Positions 8,860 to 18,864 are shown, numbered from the stretch's first letter. The stretch: 64,000 nucleotides of DNA from Rickettsiales bacterium (GCA_044368015.1 JBIPLF010000005.1:2985-66984); one strand, 5' to 3'. A program made the numbers and translations. Notes: a model not told the origin generated them from the sequence alone.

Positions 8860-9768
8860 TCATTGCGAACCAGCCATCGCCTCCCGGTTCCGCTTCATCT
8901 CCTCGAAATCCTCGCCCGCATGGTGGGAGGAACGGGTGAGCGGACTGGCCGATACCATCAAAAACCCTTTGGTGCGGGCGGCGCGGGTGTAATATTCAAA
9001 TTCGTCCGGATGCACAAAGCGATCCACCGGTGCATGTTTGGGCGTCGGCTGTAAATACTGGCCAATGGTGATGAAATCCACCTCCGCCGCCCGCAAATCA
9101 TCCATCAGTTGAATTACTTCTTCCTTGCTCTCGCCTAACCCCACCATGCAGCCGGATTTGGTAAAAATGGTGGGGTCCAGCTCCTTCACCTTTTGCAGCA
9201 GCGACAATGAGTGGAAATACCGCGCACCGGGCCGAATGGTGCGGTAGAGCCTCGGCACGGTTTCGATATTGTGATTGTATACGTCCGGTTTGGCCGCGAC
9301 TACCGTTTCAATCGCACCGGGTTTTTTGAGGAAATCCGGGGTCAGCACCTCAATCGTCGTGCCGGGCGCAGAAGCGCGGATTTTGCGGATGCAGGCGGCG
9401 AAATGCGCGGCACCGCCATCCTCCAGATCATCGCGATCGACCGAGGTAATCACCACATGCGAAAGCCCCAGCTCCCCCACTGCCTGCGCCAAATGATCCG
9501 GCTCATGCGGGTCGAGCTGGTCGGGCCGCCCCGTCTCCACATTGCAGAAGGCGCAGGCACGGGTACACACACTGCCCAGAATCATCACGGTGGCGTGTTT
9601 TTTGCTCCAGCATTCGCCGATATTAGGGCAGGCAGCTTCCTCGCACACGGTGTTGAGTTTGAGCCGTCGCATCAACTCCCGCGTGGATTGGTATTCGCGG
9701 CTGACGGGGGCTTTCACCCGAATCCAGTCGGGCTTACGGAGCGAGGTCGTAACGGGTGCGGTTTCCAT
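8860..9768 (-). CDS. lipA: Lipoyl synthase
   Basis: Contains [13 protein letters not shown] and the radical-SAM motif CTRACAFC. Start trimmed to ATG 9768 (METAPV...); the longer ORF begins with TTG at 9798. Confidence 0.95.
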   Translation of the reverse strand: METAPVTTSLRKPDWIRVKAPVSREYQSTRELMRRLKLNTVCEEAACPNIGECWSKKHATVMILGSVCTRACAFCNVETGRPDQLDPHEPDHLAQAVGELGLSHVVITSVDRDDLEDGGAAHFAACIRKIRASAPGTTIEVLTPDFLKKPGAIETVVAAKPDVYNHNIETVPRLYRTIRPGARYFHSLSLLQKVKELDPTIFTKSGCMVGLGESKEEVIQLMDDLRAAEVDFITIGQYLQPTPKHAPVDRFVHPDEFEYYTRAARTKGFLMVSASPLTRSSHHAGEDFEEMKRNREAMAGSQ

Positions 9769-9850
9769 AGTATGCGACTTTAGGCATAGTCGTCGCAAAA
9801 GTCCAAAAAAAAGGCCGGGATGTATCGCCCAACCAGAAAAAACGCTCGTT

Positions 9851-10083
9851 TCACCCCCTCCCTGAATAGGAGGGGTCGGAATCGTTTACGATTCCGGGGG
9901 GGGATGTCATGCTGAGCGAAGCGAAGCATCTCTCCGCTTGCGTCAACCTATCCGTGTCTCGTAAACGGAGCGATCCTTCGGGAATAAATCCCCTCAGGAT
10001 GCCCCCCCTCTCCCGGTCTCGCAATGGCGATTTGCTACGCTCACGCCGCTCGCCGACCTCCCCCATTAAGGGGGAGGTGAAAC
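9851..10083. repeat. Composite of nested palindromic repeats (families A + B + D)
   Basis: A is TCACCCCCTCCCTGAATAGGAGGGGTCGGAATCGTTTACGATTCCGGGG. B spans 9906-10001. D is GCTACGCTCACGCCGCTCGCCGACCTCCCCCATTAAGGGGGAGGTGA. The same modules recur at 17778-17989 (inverted) and 55691-55833. Confidence 0.85.
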
Positions 10084-10110
10084 ACAGATATGCCTGAAAA
10101 AGCACCGCCT

Positions 10111-11751
10111 CTAAAAATCGAAGAAGCTGTTGTTGATAACGATATTGTTATGCGACACGTGGCTTGCATCTTCAATCGTCAGGCTGGCACCATCGCCAAA
10201 GGTAAAGGTCAGGCTACCATCCTGATGGTAGGAAGCGAGATTCCACAAAGCCCATTGCGTGCACACAGCCTCGCTATCAATCACCAGCACATCGTCACCG
10301 GAGAGGTCGGTGATGACGTCGGCACCGTCACCCACACGATAGACGAAGTGATCGGAACCCTCGCCACCCGTGAGGGTATCGTCTGATCCCCCACCAATGA
10401 GGGTATCATTCCCGGTGCCGCCCATGAGTTCTGTGCGCCCCACACCCGTTTCAAGACGGTCATCCCCACCCATACCCTTCAACACATAGGCGGAGGGATC
10501 TTCAATTGGATCCATATCGATGATCGAGAGTGCATCGTCTGCGTTTGTCAGCACTTCCTGAAAGCGGAAGAAGTTATCCGCCACATAATGACCCAGCGCG
10601 CTTCCGGCCTCCAGCGCATCGGTATTGGAGAACTGCCAGTGAATCCCGCCATAGATGCGACTGATACCGGCTTCGGCTGCGGCATCGCTGAAGCTATCAA
10701 AGCTGCGCGTGACACCGGGAAGGGCATCGCTAACGGTCGTGAATTGCACGCTATCCATGCCGAACACTTCGGACAGAATTGTCGCCGCCGCCGAGCTGAA
10801 GGTGCTGTGACCGGAGATGTAATCCGGGAAGGGCGGTGTGGCAAGCAGCGGCGTCCAGCTGGCATCGGCCGTGGTCGCGGCATTGCCATCGGTATCAGCC
10901 TCGCGGATCGCCTCAATGGGACGCCAGTTGCCATAGGTGTATTTCGCATCCCAGGCCACAATCGCAGCATCGGCCACGGTTGTGCCCAGCATCGCGAGCA
11001 TCCGGGCATGATCTAGCAGCGTATCCGCCAGCAGACCACTGGATTCCGCAACATCCTGCGCGATACTGTTCCAGTGGCCGGGAGGGGTTTCCGTACCCGC
11101 ACCATCGGCCCAGAATTTGGCGATTTCGGTTTGATCCGCTGTCCGCACCGTGCTGGTGGCCGAACCATAGGCTTTTACCTCGTTAAACGCCGCCGTATAT
11201 TCAGCGGAATCCAGCGCAGGAGGGCCATCGGGACGGAACTGATCACCGCTTTGCATCGTCCAGGGATCCACTCCCGGCCATTGCGGCAGCAAGGGGCCTG
11301 CGAATGCGGGCAGCACCGGATGCCAGTTGCCGGGCGCTTCCGGAAGCGTATACGTCACAACATCCTTAGAACCATCATTGGCACGCAGTTCGAGGATCAT
11401 ATTAGCGACTTGCTGCCCCCAGGCGATACCGGCATCCTTGGCTGCACCATTGGCAACGGTGGCCAGACTCTCAGCGTAATGGGTATCGAGGGTCGTAACG
11501 GTTGGAAACAGCGCCTTCATCACCGTATAGGCAGCAGCGGCAACGCCCGCCTCAGCAGAAGCATTCATGGGAATCTGGTGACCGGTATTGACGAGATAGG
11601 ACTCGTAGGGCGAGCCTTCGATGGTATTCACCGTATCAAACACCGCCGTCTGCACCGCCGCCATCGCCTTCGCAGCGACAGGGGGGGGCGTGGAGGTGCT
11701 GCGGATGGCATCCAGCAGGTAATCGTTCCATTGAAAGACGAGATCGCTCAT
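10111..11751 (-). CDS. PAP2 / vanadium-haloperoxidase-like domain fused to C-terminal RTX calcium-binding repeats
   Basis: PAP2 motifs KYTYGNWRP, SGHSTFS and SRIYGGIHWQFSNTD. Three consecutive nonapeptides (GGTGNDTLI, GGGSDDTLT, GGEGSDHFV). No N-terminal signal peptide. ATG 11751 is preceded by AGGAG. Confidence 0.85.
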   Translation of the reverse strand: MSDLVFQWNDYLLDAIRSTSTPPPVAAKAMAAVQTAVFDTVNTIEGSPYESYLVNTGHQIPMNASAEAGVAAAAYTVMKALFPTVTTLDTHYAESLATVANGAAKDAGIAWGQQVANMILELRANDGSKDVVTYTLPEAPGNWHPVLPAFAGPLLPQWPGVDPWTMQSGDQFRPDGPPALDSAEYTAAFNEVKAYGSATSTVRTADQTEIAKFWADGAGTETPPGHWNSIAQDVAESSGLLADTLLDHARMLAMLGTTVADAAIVAWDAKYTYGNWRPIEAIREADTDGNAATTADASWTPLLATPPFPDYISGHSTFSSAAATILSEVFGMDSVQFTTVSDALPGVTRSFDSFSDAAAEAGISRIYGGIHWQFSNTDALEAGSALGHYVADNFFRFQEVLTNADDALSIIDMDPIEDPSAYVLKGMGGDDRLETGVGRTELMGGTGNDTLIGGGSDDTLTGGEGSDHFVYRVGDGADVITDLSGDDVLVIDSEAVCTQWALWNLASYHQDGSLTFTFGDGASLTIEDASHVSHNNIVINNSFFDF

Positions 11752-11873
11752 GATAGGCACTCCTGATATGGTGAATCGTTACTCTTCAGCATTACGCAGA
11801 AAACTTTACAGAATATTACCGAAAATTGTTACAAAATGATTATTGCCCCTTTACTGATACACCTGTACCCAAA

Positions 11874-12515
11874 ATGACACAGCTGTATCTCCTCTCCCCG
11901 CCGACGCTGGAAGCGACGCTTGCGATTCCCACCCCCTTCTTTCAGGAAGCCGTTCCATGCGTGCAGGCATTCCAGCTACGCCTGAAGGATGCGAGCGGCA
12001 ATAGCGCCCCGCGTGAGGACGTCTTGCGGGCAGCGGAGTATCTGCGCCCCCTGTGCAATGCGGCGGGGATCGCGTTTATCGCCAATGACGATCCCCTCCT
12101 TGCCCGCGAATGCGGGGCCGATGGCGTGCATCTTGGGGCCGACGACATGCCCGTCGCCGAAGCGCGCAAGCTGCTGGGAAACGACATGACCATCGGCGCC
12201 AGTTGCTACGATTCCATCCATCTGGCGATGGAAGCAGGCGAAGCCGGAGCCGATTATGTGGCGTTTGGGGCGTTCTTCCCCACCGCCACCAAAACGCCAC
12301 GCGCCATGGCGCATCTGGAGCTGCTGGAAAGCTGGTCGCCGTTTGCGGTCTTGCCAGCGGTGGCGATCGGTGGCATAACGCCAGAGAATTGCGGTGCGCT
12401 GGTGCGTGCGGGCGCGGATTTTCTGGCGGTGATGGCCTCGGTTTGGCATCATCCGGAAGGCCCGCTTGCTGCGCTGCGTGCGTTTGAACAGGCTATCCAA
12501 GGAGCAACAACGTGA
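11874..12515 (+). CDS. thiE: Thiamine-phosphate synthase
   Basis: Contains [16 protein letters not shown] and [16 protein letters not shown]. Start trimmed to ATG 11874. Confidence 0.88.
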   Translation: MTQLYLLSPPTLEATLAIPTPFFQEAVPCVQAFQLRLKDASGNSAPREDVLRAAEYLRPLCNAAGIAFIANDDPLLARECGADGVHLGADDMPVAEARKLLGNDMTIGASCYDSIHLAMEAGEAGADYVAFGAFFPTATKTPRAMAHLELLESWSPFAVLPAVAIGGITPENCGALVRAGADFLAVMASVWHHPEGPLAALRAFEQAIQGATT

Positions 12516-13075
12516 AAATAGGCGGCAACACCATTCGTCCGGGCAATGTGCTGGAACACAAAGGGAAACTGTGGACAGTTACCAAAACCCAGCATGTAAA
12601 ACCCGGCAAGGGCGGCGCCTTCATGCAGGTAGAAATGAAAGATGTACGCAGCGGCACCAAACTGAATGAACGGTTCCGTTCCTCGGAAGTGGTGGAGCGG
12701 GTGCGGCTCGACCAGAAGGATTTCCAGTTCCTCTTCTCCGATGGCGACCAGCACACCTTCATGGATCAGGACAGCTATGAGCAAATCACCGTCTCTGGCG
12801 ATCTGATCGGCGATCCAGTAGTGTTCCTCACCGATGGCATGAAAGTCATCATGGAAATGCATGAGGGCGAGCCGCTCGGCGTGCAATTGCCGGAGTCCGT
12901 CATCTGCACCATCACCGAAACCGAAGCTGTGGTGAAGGGCCAAACCGCTGCCTCGTCGTACAAACCTGCCACACTGGATAACGGCGTGCGGATTATGGTG
13001 CCCCCTTTCATTGAAAGCGGAGAGAAAGTGGTGGTGAACACCGCCGAAGCCGCGTATGTTGAGCGGGCGAAGTAG
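12512..13075 (+). CDS. efp: Elongation factor P
   Basis: [43 protein letters not shown]. The GTG start overlaps the thiE stop (GTGA). Confidence 0.97.
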   Translation: MKIGGNTIRPGNVLEHKGKLWTVTKTQHVKPGKGGAFMQVEMKDVRSGTKLNERFRSSEVVERVRLDQKDFQFLFSDGDQHTFMDQDSYEQITVSGDLIGDPVVFLTDGMKVIMEMHEGEPLGVQLPESVICTITETEAVVKGQTAASSYKPATLDNGVRIMVPPFIESGEKVVVNTAEAAYVERAK

Positions 13076-13100
13076 CGCGATCAAACGGGACGGGAGGAGC

Positions 13101-13197
13101 GTCATCCTGAGGGGATTTATCCCCGAAGGATCTCCCCGTTTACGAAACACGGATAGGTTTGAGCAAGCGGGAGATCCTTCACTCCGTTCAGGATGAC
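13101..13197. repeat. Family B palindromic element
   Basis: GTCATCCTGAGG...TTCAGGATGAC. Confidence 0.85.
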
Positions 13198-13303
13198 ACC
13201 CCCTCCCGGAATCGCTCGCGATTCCTCCCCTTCTCGTTAAGGGAAGAGTGACAGGAGAAGACCCCAAAGAGCCTAAACCACAGAACCCCATTGAGCACCC
13301 ACC

Positions 13304-14104
13304 GTGACCCCCGAATTCTCACAGCTTACCCCCCTCACCCGTATTATGGCAGAGGCCGCCACCAAAGCCGGTCGGCAGGCATTGCGCGATTTTGGCAACC
13401 GTCCGGCGCTGAAAGTGACGCGTAAAGGGCCAACGGATTTTGTCACCAGCGCCGACCTGAAGGCAGAGAAAACCATCCGCCAAACCCTCGGCAAATACTA
13501 TCCGGATTACGGGCTGGTGCAGGAGGAAGGTGGCATTGTGGAAGGCACGCACCCCACCCGTCGCTGGGTGGTAGACCCGATCGACGGCACCAATAACTAC
13601 CTGCGCGGCCTTCCTTATTTCTGTATCTCCATCGGCCTGGAGGAGCAGCAGGCGAACGGCACGGCAGAACCCATCGCCGGAGTGGTGTATGCCCCCGCAA
13701 CCGATGAGCTCTTCTGGGCCGAACGCACCCATGGGGCCTATTGCAACAACCGTCGCTTACGCATTTCCGAATGCCACCGCCTGGAAGAAGCGATGGCCGT
13801 GGTCAGCAGCCGCACCATCTTCCGCCAGCCTGCGGCCCATCCGCTGGACGGCATCGCCAGCATGCGCTGCTTTGGCGCATCGGCACTCGATCTCGCCTAT
13901 TTTGCTGCCGGACGGATTGAAGTGCTGGTGCATCGCGGCCTCAGTTCGTGGGATATGGCGGGCGGTATCGTGATTGCACTGGAAGCAGGTGCCCAGATTG
14001 CCCAAAAACGCACGCTTGCGGACTGTTATGCATCAGGGGAATTCTGCATAACGACAGAGTCCCTCCTGCCCAAACTGCAAAAGCTCTTGAATCATGCCGC
14101 GTAA
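13304..14104 (+). CDS. Inositol monophosphatase family protein (SuhB-like)
   Basis: Contains WVVDPIDGTNNY and WDMAGG. 266 aa, GTG start. Confidence 0.9.
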   Translation: MTPEFSQLTPLTRIMAEAATKAGRQALRDFGNRPALKVTRKGPTDFVTSADLKAEKTIRQTLGKYYPDYGLVQEEGGIVEGTHPTRRWVVDPIDGTNNYLRGLPYFCISIGLEEQQANGTAEPIAGVVYAPATDELFWAERTHGAYCNNRRLRISECHRLEEAMAVVSSRTIFRQPAAHPLDGIASMRCFGASALDLAYFAAGRIEVLVHRGLSSWDMAGGIVIALEAGAQIAQKRTLADCYASGEFCITTESLLPKLQKLLNHAA

Positions 14105-14125
14105 TACCGGATATTCTGCTCCCCT

Positions 14126-16444
14126 ATGAAACAGGTGCGCGCATTATCGCTGGGTCGGGCTGGTCTGTTGTTTAGCGCAACGGCGCTTTCCTCCCTGTAT
14201 CCGTGGATTGCAGGTGCGTATGGTGGCGCTCGGCAGCTTCCGTCGGTGGAAGTGCATCTGGAAGCGCTGGATGATCTCACCCGCCAGCAAGTGCCGCCTC
14301 CCATGCCGGTGGAAACCACCCCGCCGGTACGCCAAACAGCACCCGCTCCCATGCCGCTGCCGGAGCCATACCGCCCTGCGCCTCAGGCCGTGATGCCGCC
14401 ACCTGCTCTTGTGCCCATGCCTGCCCCATCCAAACCCGCGCCGCAAACAGGATGGGAACTGGGGCTTCCCGGCGTCCCGCAACCTCAGGCAACCAAACCC
14501 GCCGCGGTCAAAGCCCCCGAACCGGTAAAGCCCAAGCCACGTCCCAAACCCACGCCTGCTCCTCGCATGGAAGCCCCGAAACCGGCGAAGCAAGCACCCG
14601 TCAAGGAACCGGTCGTGGTGGTGGTACCCGAAGCACCTAAGGCGAAGCCCGCACCCAAAGTGGAAGCGCTGCCACCGCCTCCACCGATGCCGGAAATGCC
14701 AGAACCACCAAAATTTGAACATCTGCCTCCTCCGCCTGCACCGGAAGCGGTGGCCGTTCCTCCGGTCAACGTAGAAAAACCCAAAACACAGGCCAAACAG
14801 GAAACGCCACCCGCCCCTGATCTGCCTCGCATAGACGCAGAGCAAAAGGCTCCACCGCCTCTCCCCAGCGAAGAACTGATCGTCATCGACAAACCCGCGC
14901 AACAGGAATCGACGAAGGGCATTGTGCCACCACTTCCTGATGCCGCTATCCCGCTGCCCGAAGAGCCGGAAAGTGAGGCGCCGCCTCCCCCGCCCGTGGC
15001 GGCTCCTCCTATGCCGGAACCTGCCCCAGCAACCGAAACCTTCAGCCCCAAGGAGGAAAAACCCGCCTATAAACGGGTGATCGATTGGCTGGTCCAAAGC
15101 GAAGACGAGCCAGAGGAGATCGCTCCACCCGCAAAGCCTGCAGTTAAACCCGCGATCGTCACCCCTTCGCCTGCTGCCGAAAAGCCAGAGGTAATGGAAA
15201 AGCCATCCCTCCCTCCCCTTCCGGACATGAAACCGGAGATGGACGCCGCACCCGCCAAGCCTTCCAAAGTGCAGGAATTGCCAGAGCTTGAGGAACTCCC
15301 CGCCGCATCCGAAGATGCACGGGATGGAACATTTGACCCTCCTCTGCCGCCCCTGCCACCGGTGAACGACCTGAAACCCGAGCCAGCCAAGCAGGCGCGA
15401 GCAGAGAAAAAGGCCGATAAACCAAAAGAATCGCCCAAAAAACAAGCCGCACCGGCCAAGTCAGCGAGCAAAGAAGACGCAGAGATTGAGCGGATGCTGG
15501 TAGGAGAAACCCCTCCGCCTGCATTGCCGGAAGTCGCATCCAGTGATACCGCCTTGCCGCCTCCACCGCCCCTTCCCGGTGAGGAGGAAAGCTTGCCGCC
15601 CCTCCCTAGCGCAGACGGAGATACCGACACGCCTCCCCCGCTTCCACCGGTCCCAAAGGAGCCATCCAAGGAATCTGCGGTGAAAAAAGATACCTTCGTC
15701 CCCGTGAAGGAAGAAGGGGTGATCACCAAAACCGTCTCGACCGTTAAGGGCTGGTTTGGTAAAGAAGAAGCACCACAGAAGGCAAAACCAGCCTCTATTC
15801 CCAAAGGAGAGCTGCCACCTCTACCTGCCGCAGGCAACAGTATATCGGGCCTCCCTCCGATCCCCAATGAGATGAAGGGGCCCCCCTCTCCGAAGGCGAA
15901 GGCAGCCCCCACCCCGCCCGTACAGGAGGGGAAGCTCCCTGACCTCTCCTCGCTGGAGCCAGAGGATGCGAAGGTTGAAATCCCGCCACCTTCCAAATTA
16001 CCGCCGGTATCAGACCTCTTCGACAAGCCGGGCAAAAAGCCCGTGCGCCCGGCAGGAAGTGCTGACGATCTGGCCTTCCTAGAAGGTAAAACAGAAACGG
16101 CATCGCCCCCTGAAGCTCCACCAGCGTCGGGTACCGGGGCAGGTACGCATGCCCTGTTGTTCAAGCCCACGGAAACAACCGTTCCCCTTTCCGAGGAAGC
16201 CGCCCTCTCAGCTCTGGCAACCCGCATTCAGTCAAAGGCCGATGCGCGGGTAACCGTGACGGCCTATGCCGGAGGAGATGACGCACAGGCTAGCGCCGCT
16301 CGCCGGGTATCTCTGTCCAGAGCGCTTTCTGTGCGCAGTTTCCTGATTGATAAAGGCGTGGCCAGCACCGCCATCACAGTGAGAACCATGGGGAACAAAC
16401 ATGCCAGTGGCGCACCGGACCGCGTCGATATCGAGTGGCGATAA
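14126..16444 (+). CDS. OmpA/MotB-domain protein with a ~650-aa proline-rich region
   Basis: Signal peptide MKQVRALSLGRAGLLFSATALS, then very long P/A/K/E-rich segments (PPPP, PPLP). The C-terminal OmpA-like domain reads VTVTAYAGGDD...RRVSLSRALSVRSFLIDKGV. Confidence 0.85.
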   Translation: MKQVRALSLGRAGLLFSATALSSLYPWIAGAYGGARQLPSVEVHLEALDDLTRQQVPPPMPVETTPPVRQTAPAPMPLPEPYRPAPQAVMPPPALVPMPAPSKPAPQTGWELGLPGVPQPQATKPAAVKAPEPVKPKPRPKPTPAPRMEAPKPAKQAPVKEPVVVVVPEAPKAKPAPKVEALPPPPPMPEMPEPPKFEHLPPPPAPEAVAVPPVNVEKPKTQAKQETPPAPDLPRIDAEQKAPPPLPSEELIVIDKPAQQESTKGIVPPLPDAAIPLPEEPESEAPPPPPVAAPPMPEPAPATETFSPKEEKPAYKRVIDWLVQSEDEPEEIAPPAKPAVKPAIVTPSPAAEKPEVMEKPSLPPLPDMKPEMDAAPAKPSKVQELPELEELPAASEDARDGTFDPPLPPLPPVNDLKPEPAKQARAEKKADKPKESPKKQAAPAKSASKEDAEIERMLVGETPPPALPEVASSDTALPPPPPLPGEEESLPPLPSADGDTDTPPPLPPVPKEPSKESAVKKDTFVPVKEEGVITKTVSTVKGWFGKEEAPQKAKPASIPKGELPPLPAAGNSISGLPPIPNEMKGPPSPKAKAAPTPPVQEGKLPDLSSLEPEDAKVEIPPPSKLPPVSDLFDKPGKKPVRPAGSADDLAFLEGKTETASPPEAPPASGTGAGTHALLFKPTETTVPLSEEAALSALATRIQSKADARVTVTAYAGGDDAQASAARRVSLSRALSVRSFLIDKGVASTAITVRTMGNKHASGAPDRVDIEWR

Positions 16445-16453
16445 GGAACGACT

Positions 16454-16879
16454 ATGGAAAAAATCACCAAACGCTTCAGAGCCAGCATTCTCCTGATCGA
16501 CGACCACGCCATCAACCGCGATGTCGTGTGCCAAATGCTGCAACTGATGGGCTGCGACGTCACCATTGCCGAAAATGGCCGGGTTGGGCTGGACCTGCTG
16601 GAAAGCCACCGCTACGACTTGCTGCTGGTGGATCTGCAAATGCCAGAAATGAGCGGCTATGAAACGGCGGAGCATATCCGGAACCTCGAGATACGCAAAC
16701 AACGCCCTCACGCCCCCATGCTGGCGATTTCTGCCAATATCTTCAGCGACAACGACCGCGAGCGTTGCGTAGAATTTGGCATGAATGACTGCGTCGCCAA
16801 GCCGGTTACCAGTGCCATGCTGGCACAGGTGCTGGAACGGTATCTGCCACCACAGGCTATTTTAAGGGGAACCCCGTGA
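16454..16879 (+). CDS. Single-domain response regulator (CheY-like receiver)
   Basis: Contains ILLIDDH, LLLVDLQMPEMSG and CVAKPV. Confidence 0.9.
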   Translation: MEKITKRFRASILLIDDHAINRDVVCQMLQLMGCDVTIAENGRVGLDLLESHRYDLLLVDLQMPEMSGYETAEHIRNLEIRKQRPHAPMLAISANIFSDNDRERCVEFGMNDCVAKPVTSAMLAQVLERYLPPQAILRGTP

Positions 16880-17745
16880 CCATATTAGACGAACGGCTGC
16901 GTCAGTGCAGCGAGGATTTACAAGAAAAAATGCGCTGCCTGCTGCCCAAAACCGGGCCAGATGAAGCGCGTCTGGTAGATGCCATGCGTTATTCGGCGCT
17001 CGCCCCCGGCAAGCGGTTGCGCCCGTTTCTGGTGGTGGAATCCGCCTCGCTGTTTGGGGTGGCGCGGGCCTCTGCCCTGCAAGTGGCGTCCGCCATTGAG
17101 TTTCTGCATACCTATTCGCTGGTACATGACGACCTCCCCGCGATGGATGACGATGCCACACGCCGTGGCCAGCCCAGTTGCCATGTGCAGTTCGATGAAG
17201 CAACCGCGATTCTCGCCGGTGACGCCCTGCTGACGCTCGCCTTTGAGATTCTGGCCGATGAAGGCACGCATATGGATCCCAAAGTGCGCTGCGACCTGAT
17301 CCAGACCTTCGCCGTCGCCGGTGGCGTGAATGGCATGGTGGGAGGGCAGATGATCGACATCCTCTCCGAGGGGCAGGAGTTGAATATCGACCAGATTATC
17401 CGCCTGCAACGGCTGAAAACCGGGAAACTCTTTGCCGTTTCCTGTGAGGCCGGAGCGATTCTGGGTAAGGCACCGCAGCGGTTGCGTCAGGCCTTGCTGG
17501 GTTACGCGCACGATATCGGGCTTGCCTTCCAGATCACCGACGACCTGCTGGATGTAGAAGAAACCCGCGAACGGCAGAATAAATCGGCGGGCAAACCAAC
17601 GCTGGTTTCCGTGCTTGGCACCGACCGCGCCCGCGAACAGGCCGAGATGCTTGCCCGTCAGGCGGAACGCCATCTGGACGTGTTTGATGAACGCGCCGAT
17701 GTCCTGCGTCGCCTCGCCCGCTTTGTGGTCGAGCGCCGGGGGTAG
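16876..17745 (+). CDS. ispA: Polyprenyl (farnesyl/geranylgeranyl) diphosphate synthase
   Basis: Contains LVHDDLPAMDDDATRRG and the second Asp-rich motif ITDDLLD. The GTG start overlaps the upstream stop. Confidence 0.92.
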   Translation: MTILDERLRQCSEDLQEKMRCLLPKTGPDEARLVDAMRYSALAPGKRLRPFLVVESASLFGVARASALQVASAIEFLHTYSLVHDDLPAMDDDATRRGQPSCHVQFDEATAILAGDALLTLAFEILADEGTHMDPKVRCDLIQTFAVAGGVNGMVGGQMIDILSEGQELNIDQIIRLQRLKTGKLFAVSCEAGAILGKAPQRLRQALLGYAHDIGLAFQITDDLLDVEETRERQNKSAGKPTLVSVLGTDRAREQAEMLARQAERHLDVFDERADVLRRLARFVVERRG

Positions 17746-17777
17746 TAACCTCTCTCGTGTGATGTGCTTTCTGCCTT

Positions 17778-17989
17778 TTACCTCACCTTTGATGGGGGAG
17801 GTCGGCGAGCGGCGTGAGCATCGCGAATCGCCAGCGAGGCCGGGAGGGGGTGGTCATCCTGAGCCGCAGGCGAAGGATCTCCCAGCTAGGAACGGTATTG
17901 CAAGCGGAGAGATGCTTCACTTCGTTCAGCATGACACCCTCCCCCGGAATCGTGAACGATTCCGACCCCTCCCATTCAGGGAGGGGTGA
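17778..17989. repeat. Composite nested palindromic repeats (D + B + A, inverted relative to 9851-10083)
   Basis: CCTCACCTTTGATGGGGGAGGTCGGCGAGCGGCGTGAGC, then GTCATCCTGAG...CAGCATGAC, then CCGGAATCGTGAACGATTCCGACCCCTCCCATTCAGGGAGGGGTGA. Confidence 0.85.
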
Positions 17990-18040
17990 TGGAGGAAACG
18001 CCAAAGGAAACACACGCACGGTAAAGAGGAAACAGATTGA

Positions 18041-18784
18041 GTGAAACAACGCCTCGACCATGTACTCGTTGCGCGGGGACTTGCCGAAAACCGCACCAAG
18101 GCACAAGCCTATATTCAGGCGGGGCTGGTCTTTTCCGGCGATGTGCGGCTGGACAAGCCGGGGCACCCTTGCGCGGACGATATTCCCCTCACCCTTCAAC
18201 AACCGGAGCACCCCTGGGTGTCGCGTGGCGGCCAGAAGCTCGCCCATGCGCTCTCGCAATTTGGCATCGCCCCCACCGGGCAGGTGATTGCCGATCTCGG
18301 CGCTTCCACCGGCGGTTTTACCGATGTGCTGCTGCATCACGGAGCGCAGAAAATCTACGCGGTGGATGTCGGCTACGGTCAGCTCGATTGGAGACTGCGC
18401 AATGACCCCCGCGTGGTGGTGCTGGAAAAAACCAATGCCCGGTATCTGACCACAGAGCACATCCCCGAACCGCTGGATGCGCTGGTGTGTGACGCCAGCT
18501 TCATCAGCCTGAAGACACTCCTCCCCGCCCCGCTTTCCCTGCTGAAGCCCGGAGGATGGCTGGTGGTGCTCATCAAACCGCAATTTGAGGTGGGCAAAGG
18601 AAGAATTGGCAAGGGTGGCGTGGTGCGCGACCCCGCCCTGCACGAAGCCGTCTGCGCGGAGATCCGCGACTGGATGGAAGCACGTCACATCACCGTGCAC
18701 GGCATCGCCGAAAGCCCCATCACCGGCCCCAAGGGGAATAAGGAGTTTTTGTTATGGGGAATGCATCACCAGCCTGCCCTATAA
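18041..18784 (+). CDS. tlyA: TlyA-family rRNA 2'-O-methyltransferase
   Basis: S4-like N-terminus KQRLDHVLVARGLAENRTKAQAYI, then SRGGQKLAHAL and DLGASTGGFTDVLL. Confidence 0.92.
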   Translation: MKQRLDHVLVARGLAENRTKAQAYIQAGLVFSGDVRLDKPGHPCADDIPLTLQQPEHPWVSRGGQKLAHALSQFGIAPTGQVIADLGASTGGFTDVLLHHGAQKIYAVDVGYGQLDWRLRNDPRVVVLEKTNARYLTTEHIPEPLDALVCDASFISLKTLLPAPLSLLKPGGWLVVLIKPQFEVGKGRIGKGGVVRDPALHEAVCAEIRDWMEARHITVHGIAESPITGPKGNKEFLLWGMHHQPAL

Positions 18785-18864
18785 TCCACGCATGGCCTGC
18801 CCGCCTCGAAGCAGGCGGTAACAGGCGGCCAGATGGATTGGGCGGAGGGATAGGGATCGCCTTT

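Noticed and set aside
8740-10083. Possibility that the recurring ~30-110-nt repeats form a CRISPR array.
   Set aside because: The repeats are palindromic elements of several different families, in both orientations and nested within each other. They are scattered over the whole window without regular repeat-spacer periodicity, and no cas genes are present.
11761-11873. TPP riboswitch upstream of thiE, and a preQ1 riboswitch upstream of queE at 22581-22623.
   Set aside because: The spacers lack the conserved cores that I know (the CTGAGA and ACCTGATCTGGATAATGCCAGCG-like elements for TPP; the short preQ1 hairpin plus A-rich tail). They are AT-rich promoter-like sequence only.
14144-16227. Long minus-strand ORFs (14144-15445, 14485-15051, 15067-16227) opposite the proline-rich OmpA-domain gene.
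   Set aside because: The complement of CCN-rich proline codons gives stop-free Gly/Arg-rich frames. They lack starts with an SD and have no domain features, whereas the plus-strand product has a signal peptide and an OmpA domain.
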